Below, one piece after another: positions 11,221 through 19,991 of a DNA stretch of 64,000 nucleotides. This DNA comes from Spirochaetaceae bacterium (GTDB lineage: Bacteria > Spirochaetota > Spirochaetia > DSM-2461), in assembly GCA_051531975.1 (NCBI GenBank), contig JAOPTT010000002.1:153968-217967 (forward strand), read 5' to 3'. How positions within the stretch are numbered: position 1 is the stretch's first letter; every line of letters starts with the position of its first letter. The position numbers and the translations under genes were made by a program. The notes beneath the pieces are model-generated. The model was not told the origin of the DNA. It made no database searches and saw only the letters and a list, made by a program, of their open reading frames with translations.

Positions 11221-12543
11221 ATGTTACGGAAAATTATTTTCATTTTACTAATTTTATATACAATATTACCAATATTCTCAAATAATAAGATAGTACTATT
11301 AACAAGTAACAATGATACATATAATCATATATCAAAACTCTTAAATAACAGTGATAATATAAATCTAACAGAAATCATAATAATAGAAGTAAATGACAAC
11401 CTAGAAATATCTGATTATTCAGGCTCTAAAGAGTATCTAGAAAAAGAGTTATTAAATTATCCTAGAGCAATAATTTATCTAGAAATAACTGAATCAGATA
11501 AAATAAATATTTATGGTTTCACCCCAGGACTTCTGCCTAATATTGAGATAACACAAAATATAATCACCAGTTTCAGGCTGGGAAAAGACGCAGCTAGGTT
11601 GTTTCCATTATATGTCACAAGATTGATACAATCCCATGGATTAGTTGATATATTTAATTCCCACGATATACCACTACTTCTGTTAAGTGGAAACATTAGG
11701 TTAGAGAGACTTGTAGATACTTTAAAGGTAAACCCCAAAAATATAAAAAATCCTTCTTTATATTATATTTTTTCTATTTTAAATAACACATATTTTATAG
11801 ATAGTAAGCTTCTATTTATTATAAATATAAGTTTTATAATATTGATAGTTTTATTGATTACTTTTTTTTCAAAAAGATTAAAGTTTCACATAAAATTAAA
11901 TAGGTATTACATATTAACTATTCCATTAAAAATACTATTTATTTTTATATTCTATTTCATTTCCACACTTGTCATTACTTTTATATCAGGATTAGCTGGG
12001 GATGGATTTATTGAAAAGTTTCCAAAAACTATATTTGTAATTAAAAACTTGATTCTATTTTTTATTTATGGGATTTCATTTCAGATAATTAAAGATGAAG
12101 GATTCTCAAAATCTCCATATTTCTACTCTTATATAAGCTTTTTTATATCTATATTTATATACTTTATATCTTGCATTATATTTTTACCATTAGGTTTATA
12201 TCAGATTTGGCCAATAATAATGACAATACTTTTTATACTTTTCAGATCGAATATAATAAAAAGTCTACTTTTATTGATATCCCCATTAATATTAATTTTA
12301 ATCTTTTCAAAGTTCTTATTACCTGGAAACAGCCAGGCATTACAGCTACTAATAAGCTCTAAATATACGGGAAACATACTATTAACCATAATTATTACGC
12401 CATACATATTTTTACAAGATAGTTATTATAGATTCTCCCACAGAAGACATAAATATTTAAGTAATAGTAAAGATATAATCATTAGTTTATTTACACTAAC
12501 ATTTACTATAACAATTACAGCAATTTTATTAGAATTACATTAA
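11221..12543 (+). CDS. Hypothetical polytopic membrane protein with an N-terminal extracytoplasmic domain
   Basis: Signal-peptide-like start, a soluble region, then about 8 hydrophobic segments. Confidence 0.7.
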   Translation: MLRKIIFILLILYTILPIFSNNKIVLLTSNNDTYNHISKLLNNSDNINLTEIIIIEVNDNLEISDYSGSKEYLEKELLNYPRAIIYLEITESDKINIYGFTPGLLPNIEITQNIITSFRLGKDAARLFPLYVTRLIQSHGLVDIFNSHDIPLLLLSGNIRLERLVDTLKVNPKNIKNPSLYYIFSILNNTYFIDSKLLFIINISFIILIVLLITFFSKRLKFHIKLNRYYILTIPLKILFIFIFYFISTLVITFISGLAGDGFIEKFPKTIFVIKNLILFFIYGISFQIIKDEGFSKSPYFYSYISFFISIFIYFISCIIFLPLGLYQIWPIIMTILFILFRSNIIKSLLLLISPLILILIFSKFLLPGNSQALQLLISSKYTGNILLTIIITPYIFLQDSYYRFSHRRHKYLSNSKDIIISLFTLTFTITITAILLELH

Positions 12544-12558
12544 ATTAAAAAAATATTC

Positions 12559-12587
12559 TTGACAAATCCAATATAAAAAGTGATAGT
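12559..12587 (+). promoter_or_regulatory. Promoter of the nrdR-nrdD operon
   Basis: TTGACA-17 bp-GATAGT. Confidence 0.55.
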
Positions 12588-12601
12588 TAATCAGACTAAA
12601 A

Positions 12602-12617
12602 ACACTACATGTAGTGT
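12602..12617 (+). promoter_or_regulatory. NrdR box
   Basis: Perfect palindrome ACACTACATGTAGTGT matching the NrdR consensus acaCwAtATaTwGtgt, directly upstream of nrdR. Confidence 0.85.
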
Positions 12618-12634
12618 GAATGAGAGAAATAAGT

Positions 12635-13084
12635 ATGAAATGTCCTCTATGTGGACTAATTCAGGACAAAGTACTTGAATCAAGACAAAATAGTAGTGGA
12701 ACCTCTATCAGACGTAGGAGAGAGTGTGCAGCTTGTAGCTACAGATTCACGTCATATGAGAAGATAGAAGAGATACCTTTAATGGTTGTAAAACATGATG
12801 GTAGACGTCAGCCTTTCGACATAAAAAAGATAGAAAGAGGACTTTCTAGGGCTGTAGAGAAACGACCAGTACCACAATTAACCATTGAAAAGACACTACA
12901 TGATATTGAAGACGAATCAGAACTTGGTGGAAAAGCCAGTCACGAGATTTCTTCTGATTTCCTCGGAGATCTGATTCTTCAAAAGTTATCAAGCATTGAT
13001 AAAGTTGCATATATTAGATTTGCATCTGTATATAGAAAATTTGAAAATGTTGATGAATTTATAGAAGAAATTGAAAAATTATAG
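12635..13084 (+). CDS. nrdR: Transcriptional repressor NrdR
   Basis: MKCPLC...ESR...IRRRRECAAC..RFTSYE zinc ribbon plus ATP cone ending VAYIRFASVY. Start moved to MKCP (track start 12620). Confidence 0.97.
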   Translation: MKCPLCGLIQDKVLESRQNSSGTSIRRRRECAACSYRFTSYEKIEEIPLMVVKHDGRRQPFDIKKIERGLSRAVEKRPVPQLTIEKTLHDIEDESELGGKASHEISSDFLGDLILQKLSSIDKVAYIRFASVYRKFENVDEFIEEIEKL

Positions 13085-13106
13085 AATAAAGTAAAAGGAG
13101 AGTTTT

Positions 13107-15200
13107 TTGGGAAGTATTGATTGGAATGAAATTTTAGGGGACAAAAAATTAACTATACCTAAAACTGGTATAAAAAAAATTATTAGACGTGATGGTACTA
13201 TTGATACCTATAAACCTGAAAAAATTGCGAATGCCATATCTAAAGCAATTGAAGCTGTACGGGGAGTTAACGACCCAGAATTAGATAAAAGATTAACTAC
13301 ATTAACCGAGGCTAAATTAGAGGAATTTCAACTTACAAGACATCCAAACTCAATACCTGCTATCGAAGAGATTCAAGACCTTGTTGAGACAGCTTTAATT
13401 GAAGCTAAAGAGGTAGATATTGCAAAAGCATATATACTTTATAGATCTAGACATGAAGCTATAAGAGATCGAGATAAATTACTTTTAGACATAGATGAAA
13501 CTATGGACGGTTACCTATCCCAATCAGATTGGAGAGTTAATGAAAATGCCAACGTAAATTTTTCATTAGGTGGCCTAATTTTACATAACTCAGGAACAAT
13601 AACAGCAAACTACTGGCTAAAAAATATATATACAAAAGATATATCCGAAGCACATAAATCAGGGGCGTTTCATATTCATGATCTTTCCATGTTCTCAGGT
13701 TATTGTGCTGGTTGGTCACTAAGACAACTAATAAAAGATGGTCTTGGTGGAGTTTCAGAAAAAATAACTTCTAAACCTGCAACTCATTTATCTACTTTAA
13801 TGTTTCAAATTGTAAACTTTTTAGGAATCATGCAAAACGAGTGGGCTGGAGCTCAGGCTCTTTCTAGTTTTGATACATTCTTAGCACCATTTGTAAGGGC
13901 TGATAAATTATCTTATAAAGAGGTAAAACAGGCAGTACAAAGCTTTATTTTTGGTGTAAATACTCCTTCTAGATGGGGAAGCCAAGCACCATTTACAAAT
14001 ATTACATTAGACTGGGTCTGCCCTAAAGATCAAATTGGAAAACCAGCTGTAGTTGGTGGTAAAGAACAAGACTTTACATACGACGATTGTACTAAAGAGA
14101 TGGAGATGGTTAACAAAGCATTTCTAGAACTTATGTTACAAGGTGATGCAAACGGTCGTGGTTTTGCATACCCTATTCCAACATATAATATTACCCCTGA
14201 TTTTGATTGGGATACAGAAAATGCAAAGATACTTTTTGAGATCACTGCAAAGTACGGTACTCCATACTTTCAAAACTTTGTTAACAGCGATCTGAATCCA
14301 GAAGATGTAAGATCTATGTGTTGTAGATTACAACTTGATAAACGTGAATTAAGAAAACGTGGTGGTGGACTATTTGGAAGTGATGAATTAACAGGTTCAA
14401 TTGGAGTTGTAACGATTAATCTGCCTAGAATTGGTTATTTAAGTAATACAAAAGAGGAATTCTACCAAAACTTAGGCCATATGATGGATTTAGCTGCAAC
14501 TTCTCTGGTTTTAAAACGTAAAGTTGTTAACAAAATGATGGAAAATGGTCTGTTTCCTTATACAAGAAAGTACTTAAAAAACATGAATAATCACTTCTCT
14601 ACTATTGGTTTAGTTGGTATGAATGAGTGTCTTAGAAACTATAAGTCCCTTGATCTAACATCAAAAGAGGGCCAGGATACTGCCAATGAGATTTTAATTT
14701 TCATGAGAGATAGATTAGCAGATTATCAGGAGAAAACTGGAGACCTTTACAACCTTGAAGCGACACCAGCGGAAAGTACAAGTTATAGACTTGCTAAACA
14801 TGATAAAAAATATTACCCAAATATAATTACTGCTGGAGAAAATGATCCATATTATACAAACTCAACACAACTTCCAGTAGATTTTACAAGAGACATCTTT
14901 GAAGCATTAGATCTACAGGATGCACTACAAACAAAATATACAGGTGGTACAGTTTTCCACGGTATGTTAGGAGAGGCTATAAAGGATTGGAAAGCGTGCA
15001 GAAAGCTTGTTAAAACGATTTCTGCTAACTACAGGTTACCATTCTTCTCAATTTCGCCGATATTCTCTATATGTAGTGTTCATGGTTACTTAGCGGGAGC
15101 ACATGATAACTGCCCAAAATGCAAAGATGAGGAAGCAGCAAAAATAAAGAAACAGATTGACGAGCTTAAACAACAAAAAATTACAAATGGAGAGAGTTAA
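13107..15200 (+). CDS. nrdD: Anaerobic (class III) ribonucleoside-triphosphate reductase, catalytic part lacking the glycyl-radical segment
   Basis: ATP cone, HIHDL, GYCAGWS, RSMCCRL finger loop, NLEATPAES, YTGGTVFH, CSVHGY...CPKC; no RxxGY motif before the stop; TTG start with AGGAG. Confidence 0.95.
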   Translation: MGSIDWNEILGDKKLTIPKTGIKKIIRRDGTIDTYKPEKIANAISKAIEAVRGVNDPELDKRLTTLTEAKLEEFQLTRHPNSIPAIEEIQDLVETALIEAKEVDIAKAYILYRSRHEAIRDRDKLLLDIDETMDGYLSQSDWRVNENANVNFSLGGLILHNSGTITANYWLKNIYTKDISEAHKSGAFHIHDLSMFSGYCAGWSLRQLIKDGLGGVSEKITSKPATHLSTLMFQIVNFLGIMQNEWAGAQALSSFDTFLAPFVRADKLSYKEVKQAVQSFIFGVNTPSRWGSQAPFTNITLDWVCPKDQIGKPAVVGGKEQDFTYDDCTKEMEMVNKAFLELMLQGDANGRGFAYPIPTYNITPDFDWDTENAKILFEITAKYGTPYFQNFVNSDLNPEDVRSMCCRLQLDKRELRKRGGGLFGSDELTGSIGVVTINLPRIGYLSNTKEEFYQNLGHMMDLAATSLVLKRKVVNKMMENGLFPYTRKYLKNMNNHFSTIGLVGMNECLRNYKSLDLTSKEGQDTANEILIFMRDRLADYQEKTGDLYNLEATPAESTSYRLAKHDKKYYPNIITAGENDPYYTNSTQLPVDFTRDIFEALDLQDALQTKYTGGTVFHGMLGEAIKDWKACRKLVKTISANYRLPFFSISPIFSICSVHGYLAGAHDNCPKCKDEEAAKIKKQIDELKQQKITNGES

Positions 15201-15201
15201 A

Positions 15202-15726
15202 ATGATTCAGACAAAAAGTAAAGTAGACGACAAGATTGAAGCTTTAGAGCAACAATTATTAACAGTGAAAGGTAGAGAAACTGAGAAGTATGCCAGAATA
15301 GTTGGCTACTACAGAGCTGTAAAAAATTGGAACAAAGGAAAAGCTGAAGAGTATAAATTTAGAGTAAGCTTTAGTGAAAAATCTTTTGAAAGATCCATAA
15401 ATGGTTCTGTCGAATCTAAAACTGAAACTCAAAAAACTGAATCTTTTAAAAACATTGCTCAGGCTGTTGGAGAGGTAGATAGCTATATGTTTTTTTATAG
15501 AACTACATGCCCTAACTGTCCTCCTGTAAAAGCAGTAATTAAAAACTTAATCTTAGCAGGTGAGAGTATTAATGCTGATAGTGCAAAAGGTTTTACTAAA
15601 GCTGCTATACATGAAATCTTTACTGCTCCAACTGTTGTACTTCTAGATAATAATAAAAAAGAGATCACTAGAACTTCTAATGTAACTGATCTTAAAATAC
15701 TACTAAAAGAACTAAATATTAATTAA
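15202..15726 (+). CDS. Stand-alone NrdD glycyl-radical domain fused to a thioredoxin/glutaredoxin-like domain
   Basis: TEKYARIVGYYRAVKNWNKGKAEEY is the NrdD C-terminal motif; C-terminal FFYRTTCPNCP...TAPTVV; own SD GGAGAG (15189-15194) and ATG 1 nt after the nrdD stop. Confidence 0.9.
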   Translation: MIQTKSKVDDKIEALEQQLLTVKGRETEKYARIVGYYRAVKNWNKGKAEEYKFRVSFSEKSFERSINGSVESKTETQKTESFKNIAQAVGEVDSYMFFYRTTCPNCPPVKAVIKNLILAGESINADSAKGFTKAAIHEIFTAPTVVLLDNNKKEITRTSNVTDLKILLKELNIN

Positions 15727-16400
15727 TGAAGATAAAATTAGGAGGGTTTATTCCAACGACCCTCTTAGACTACCCAGGGGAAATAGCATCTGTTCTATTT
15801 CTCCCTGGCTGTAATCTTAAATGCCCATACTGCCACAACCCATCTATAGTTAATCCACTAAATGATACATTAGACAATATTGATATAATTTTAGAAGCGA
15901 TTGATAAAAGAAAACATCTTATTAGTGGAGTTGTAATATCCGGTGGAGAACCAACCTTATACCAAGATTTAAATGAGTATATTACATACTTTCAGAACCT
16001 TGGATTAAAAGTAAAGTTAGATACAAATGGAACAAACCCAGATCTGCTTAAAAAATTAAAACCAAATTATATTGCCATGGATCTTAAAACCAGCTTAGAG
16101 AAGTATGTTGCTATCGGATATAAGGGTAGTTCAGAAATAAAAGAGAGTTTAGACTGGATTAAAAATAGTGGTATAGACTATGAAATAAGAACAACTGCAG
16201 CACCTATTATTTTTACTAAGGATGACCTAAAACAGATGTTACCACTTTTAAAAGATGTGAAGAATTATTATATTACTAATTTTAGAAATTCTGAGACCTT
16301 GGTGCCAGCGTATAATCTTAATACACCATATAGTGATTATGAGTTAGAAGAGTTTGTGAAAATCTGTAAGGATGCAGGAATTAACTGCACCCTTAGATAA
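15726..16400 (+). CDS. nrdG: Anaerobic RNR activating enzyme (radical SAM)
   Basis: TLLDYPG, GCNLKCPYCHN, SGGEPT, KLDTNG; TAATG overlap with the previous gene. Confidence 0.95.
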   Translation: MKIKLGGFIPTTLLDYPGEIASVLFLPGCNLKCPYCHNPSIVNPLNDTLDNIDIILEAIDKRKHLISGVVISGGEPTLYQDLNEYITYFQNLGLKVKLDTNGTNPDLLKKLKPNYIAMDLKTSLEKYVAIGYKGSSEIKESLDWIKNSGIDYEIRTTAAPIIFTKDDLKQMLPLLKDVKNYYITNFRNSETLVPAYNLNTPYSDYELEEFVKICKDAGINCTLR

Positions 16401-16835
16401 TTATTTTAATATTTGTAGGATTCGTTCAAGAACTTTTTTTCTATCAAGTGGTTTAACAATATAGTTTTTTGCACCTGCTAAAAGAGACTTTTTAACTAAC
16501 TCTTCTTTACCTAATGCACTAATCATTATAACCTTTGCTTCTTTATCAAACTCAATAATTTTCTCTAGGGAAGTTACACCATCCATCTTAGGCATAGTAA
16601 TATCCATAGTTACAAGATCAACGTTGGGATGATGTTGTTTATACATCTCAAGACCTTCAGCACCATCACAAGCTTGAGCTACAACCTCAAAACCCTCGCT
16701 GGTTAAAATCTGAGATATCTGCTTACGCACAAACATTGAATCATCTACTACTAGTACTTTATAAGATTGCCCTGTATCACTTAAACCATCAGGGGATTTT
16801 GTATTTATAGACGGGAAGTCAGAATTTGTCTTCAT
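16401..16835 (-). CDS. cheY: Chemotaxis response regulator CheY (spirochaete CheY3 type)
   Basis: Single receiver domain VLVVDD, DITMPKMDG, ISALG, IVKP, with the spirochaete N-terminal extension. Confidence 0.88.
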   Translation of the reverse strand: MKTNSDFPSINTKSPDGLSDTGQSYKVLVVDDSMFVRKQISQILTSEGFEVVAQACDGAEGLEMYKQHHPNVDLVTMDITMPKMDGVTSLEKIIEFDKEAKVIMISALGKEELVKKSLLAGAKNYIVKPLDRKKVLERILQILK

Positions 16836-16932
16836 CAGTTACTCCATTATTTTATTTATAATATATAGTTAGTTTAAACACCCATGGTACATTTAGCAAT
16901 AGAAAAAAATTATATTTTCCAATTGAAAAAAA

Positions 16933-16996
16933 CTTTCTACCCTTTGGTAGAATTTCTTTCTACCCTTGGGTAGAAAATCTTTCTACCCTATTGAGG
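16933..16996. repeat. 23-bp tandem palindromic repeat (2 full and 1 partial)
   Basis: CTTTCTACCCTTTGGTAGAATTT, CTTTCTACCCTTGGGTAGAAAAT, CTTTCTACCCTATTGAGG. Confidence 0.85.
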
Positions 16997-17047
16997 TTTT
17001 ATTTACTAGGAAGTATCTTTATTTTAATATAAATGAGAGGGGAAAAC

Positions 17048-18343
17048 ATGAAAATCCAAATAAAAAAATGGAAAGATATCCCAGAGGTAGATAAAAATAG
17101 AATATTTAAGCGTTCTGAGCAAAATATTGAAGATGTTCTACCTATTGTTAAGGATATTATAGCAGATGTAAAAAATAACGGAGACAAAGCGTTATTGCAT
17201 TATAATGAAAAATTCCATGGTATTCCCTCACATACAAATTATTTAAAAGTATTAAAAATCGAATTTGAAGAAGCAGAAAAGAATTTATCAGAAAAGGTAA
17301 AAGAAGCTATTAGATTCTCTATAGATAATATAAAAAAATTCCATGAAGCCCAAAAACCAGAAGCTATGTCAATGATGGAAACAACTCCAGGAGTTTTTGC
17401 AGGGGAAAGAGCTACACCAATAGATTCTGTAGGGTTATATGTGCCTGGAGGAAGAGGAACATTTCCATCAATGTTATATATGTTAGCGGTTCCTGCTGTA
17501 ATAGCTGGTGTAAAAAGAATATGTGTTACGACCCCTCCTAATTCAGAAGGATTTGCAGATAGTGGAGTACTATATGCCTGCTCTTTATGTGGAATAAAAG
17601 AAGTATATAAAGTAGGTGGCTCTGAAGCAATTTCAGCTCTAACTTATGGAACAGAAACAATTAAACCTGTGGTTAAAATATCAGGCCCAGGGAGTATGTG
17701 GGTAACTGCAGCAAAAAGACTACTATATAGCGTTGTAGATGTAGGTTTACCAGCAGGACCATCAGAATCTGCATTAATAGCAGATGAAACTGCTAACCCA
17801 TATAATATGGCTTTAGATCTGTTAGTAGAAGCAGAACATGGTTCAGATTCTTCTGCACTTTTATTAACAAACAGTTTAGAAAATGCAATTGAAGCAGCTA
17901 AATTCATGGAAGAGATGATAGAAGAACTTCCAGAACCAAGAAAAACATTTGTTACCGATGTTCTAGAAGGTTATGGTGGTGTTATTGTAACTAAGGATAT
18001 AGACGAAGCGTGTGAGATTTCAAATATGTATGCACCTGAGCATCTTTCATTACACACAGAGGAACCCTGGGATACATTAGGTAAAATTACAAATGCTGGT
18101 GAAATTATTTTAGGAGATACTACACCATTTTCTGCTGTAAACTACTCTGTTGGTCCAAATGCTGTAATCCCTACTGGTGGTAAAGCTAAAACATTCTCTG
18201 CAGTTGGTGTTAGAGATTTTATAAAATATTCATCGGTTATTTATTCAACTAAAAAGGGTTATGAAACCCTTAAAAAATATGTACCGGTTCTTGCAGAATA
18301 TGAAGGTTTTACAACTCATGGCAATGCATTTACAAAGCGTTAA
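17048..18343 (+). CDS. hisD: Histidinol dehydrogenase family protein with atypical active-site residues
   Basis: GLYVPGG, PAGPSE, EAEHG, APEHL, PTGG; ATG at 17048 follows GAGGGG. Confidence 0.85.
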   Translation: MKIQIKKWKDIPEVDKNRIFKRSEQNIEDVLPIVKDIIADVKNNGDKALLHYNEKFHGIPSHTNYLKVLKIEFEEAEKNLSEKVKEAIRFSIDNIKKFHEAQKPEAMSMMETTPGVFAGERATPIDSVGLYVPGGRGTFPSMLYMLAVPAVIAGVKRICVTTPPNSEGFADSGVLYACSLCGIKEVYKVGGSEAISALTYGTETIKPVVKISGPGSMWVTAAKRLLYSVVDVGLPAGPSESALIADETANPYNMALDLLVEAEHGSDSSALLLTNSLENAIEAAKFMEEMIEELPEPRKTFVTDVLEGYGGVIVTKDIDEACEISNMYAPEHLSLHTEEPWDTLGKITNAGEIILGDTTPFSAVNYSVGPNAVIPTGGKAKTFSAVGVRDFIKYSSVIYSTKKGYETLKKYVPVLAEYEGFTTHGNAFTKR

Positions 18344-19592
18344 CCAGGCATTCGAGTGGATGGTCTCTTTTACAAATTTGGAAAAAAAACCAGATCTGAG
18401 TAAAAGGGGTTACCGCCTGGATAAAATGGAACATCTGTTAGAACTATTTAATAATCCACAGGACTCTTACAATATTATCCATGTTGCTGGTTCTAAAGGT
18501 AAAGGTTCAACTTGTGGCTTTTTAGCATCTATATTAGATAGTGCTGGGTTAAAAACAGGTGTCTACTCATCCCCTCACCTATTGGATTATAGGGAAAGAA
18601 TAACTAATAACCATAACTTTTTCCCAGAAAACTGCTATATCCAAGTTATAAACTCAATAAAAACCACTGTTGATACCCTAAATGAAGATTCTCTTCCAGG
18701 TGGGATGCCAACAACATTTGAACTTATGACACTAGCTGCATTAATTATGTTTAAATCAGAAAAGTGCCAGTGGGTAATTTTAGAAACAGGTATTGGTGGT
18801 AGATTAGACTCTACAAACGTAGTGATTCCAAAAGCTTCAGTTATTACTCCTATCGAGTTAGAACATACCGAACTGCTAGGTGATACTATAGAGCTTATAG
18901 CTGGGGAAAAAGCTGGGATAATTAAATCAAACAGACCTGTTTTTACATCAAATACAGATTCTAAAGTTCTGGAAGTATTAAAAAAACAAGCACGCTTGTT
19001 ACATTCAAAATTATATACATGTGATAATTATAGTTACAACATAACTAACAAAGGAACATATCTAGAAACTAATAATATCTCTTATAAATTAGGGTTACAG
19101 GGTGCTGTTCAGGCACAAAATGCTCTACTTGCAAAAACTGTAATTGAAACAATACTGCCTAATATAGATAAAATAGATATAGAAAAAGGCCTAAAAAATA
19201 CAAAATTACCTGGACGTTTTCAAATTAAAGAGCTAGATAATCCAATAATATTAGATGGTGCACATACAGTCAGATCAATAACCGATACTGTAAATACTTT
19301 TAATGGACTATATAATCAAGGCACTATAATATTTGGTGTTCTTAAAGGTAAAGATATAATGGAAATTGTAAAAATTATATCAAAAAACTTTAGTAAAATA
19401 ATAATTTCTACCCCTGGGAACTTTAAAGAATCAGACCTGCATGAAGTAGAGAGTTATTTTAATATACTAAATTGCAAAACTGAACTTATAAAGTCTCCTG
19501 AATCAGCTTTAAATAGGGCTAAAGAATATAATAGACCAATTCTTGTAACGGGATCATTCTATATGGCTGGAGAGATAGCAAAACTTATCTAG
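18318..19592 (+). CDS. folC: Folylpolyglutamate synthase/dihydrofolate synthase
   Basis: HVAGSKGKGST, YSSPHL, ETGIGGRLDSTN, LPGRF, LDGAH, TGSFY; start probably at 18318 or 18324 rather than 18261. Confidence 0.93.
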   Translation: MAMHLQSVNQAFEWMVSFTNLEKKPDLSKRGYRLDKMEHLLELFNNPQDSYNIIHVAGSKGKGSTCGFLASILDSAGLKTGVYSSPHLLDYRERITNNHNFFPENCYIQVINSIKTTVDTLNEDSLPGGMPTTFELMTLAALIMFKSEKCQWVILETGIGGRLDSTNVVIPKASVITPIELEHTELLGDTIELIAGEKAGIIKSNRPVFTSNTDSKVLEVLKKQARLLHSKLYTCDNYSYNITNKGTYLETNNISYKLGLQGAVQAQNALLAKTVIETILPNIDKIDIEKGLKNTKLPGRFQIKELDNPIILDGAHTVRSITDTVNTFNGLYNQGTIIFGVLKGKDIMEIVKIISKNFSKIIISTPGNFKESDLHEVESYFNILNCKTELIKSPESALNRAKEYNRPILVTGSFYMAGEIAKLI

Positions 19593-19610
19593 TTTATGAT
19601 ATTATGAGCT

Positions 19611-19991
19611 ATGAATTATAAATTTCATAAACCAATTACAATACAACTTTATGGATACCTTGCTCTTATTCCTTTTATTTTTGCACTATTTCCAATTTTA
19701 GAATCAAAAAATAGAATAGATATAATTTTATATTCCATAGGAATATCTTTTATGCTTATAATATTGGTGTTAAATCACTTATCTCCAATGATTAGAGTTA
19801 CAAGTGAAAAACTAATACTATATAATACCTTTAGTAATAGACCTATAACACATCTAAGAAAGGATATTACCCAGATAAAAAAGATAAAAAATAGCTTAAT
19901 TTTACTTACAATTGGAACCAAGAGTATTGAAATACGACTTAGCAGTAAAAAGGCAAACAAACTAATAACAATACTGGAGGAAGCTTGTTAA
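19611..19991 (+). CDS. Small hypothetical membrane protein
   Basis: Two hydrophobic segments followed by a short beta-rich domain; overlaps the next gene. Confidence 0.6.
   Translation: MNYKFHKPITIQLYGYLALIPFIFALFPILESKNRIDIILYSIGISFMLIILVLNHLSPMIRVTSEKLILYNTFSNRPITHLRKDITQIKKIKNSLILLTIGTKSIEIRLSSKKANKLITILEEAC

Noticed and set aside
15157..15202. nrdD pseudogene, sequencing frameshift, programmed frameshift or split intein
   Set aside because: The downstream ORF has its own SD and ATG, both parts have extra terminal helices and the small part has an added domain; no intein C/S...HN motifs are seen. Not formally excluded without reads.
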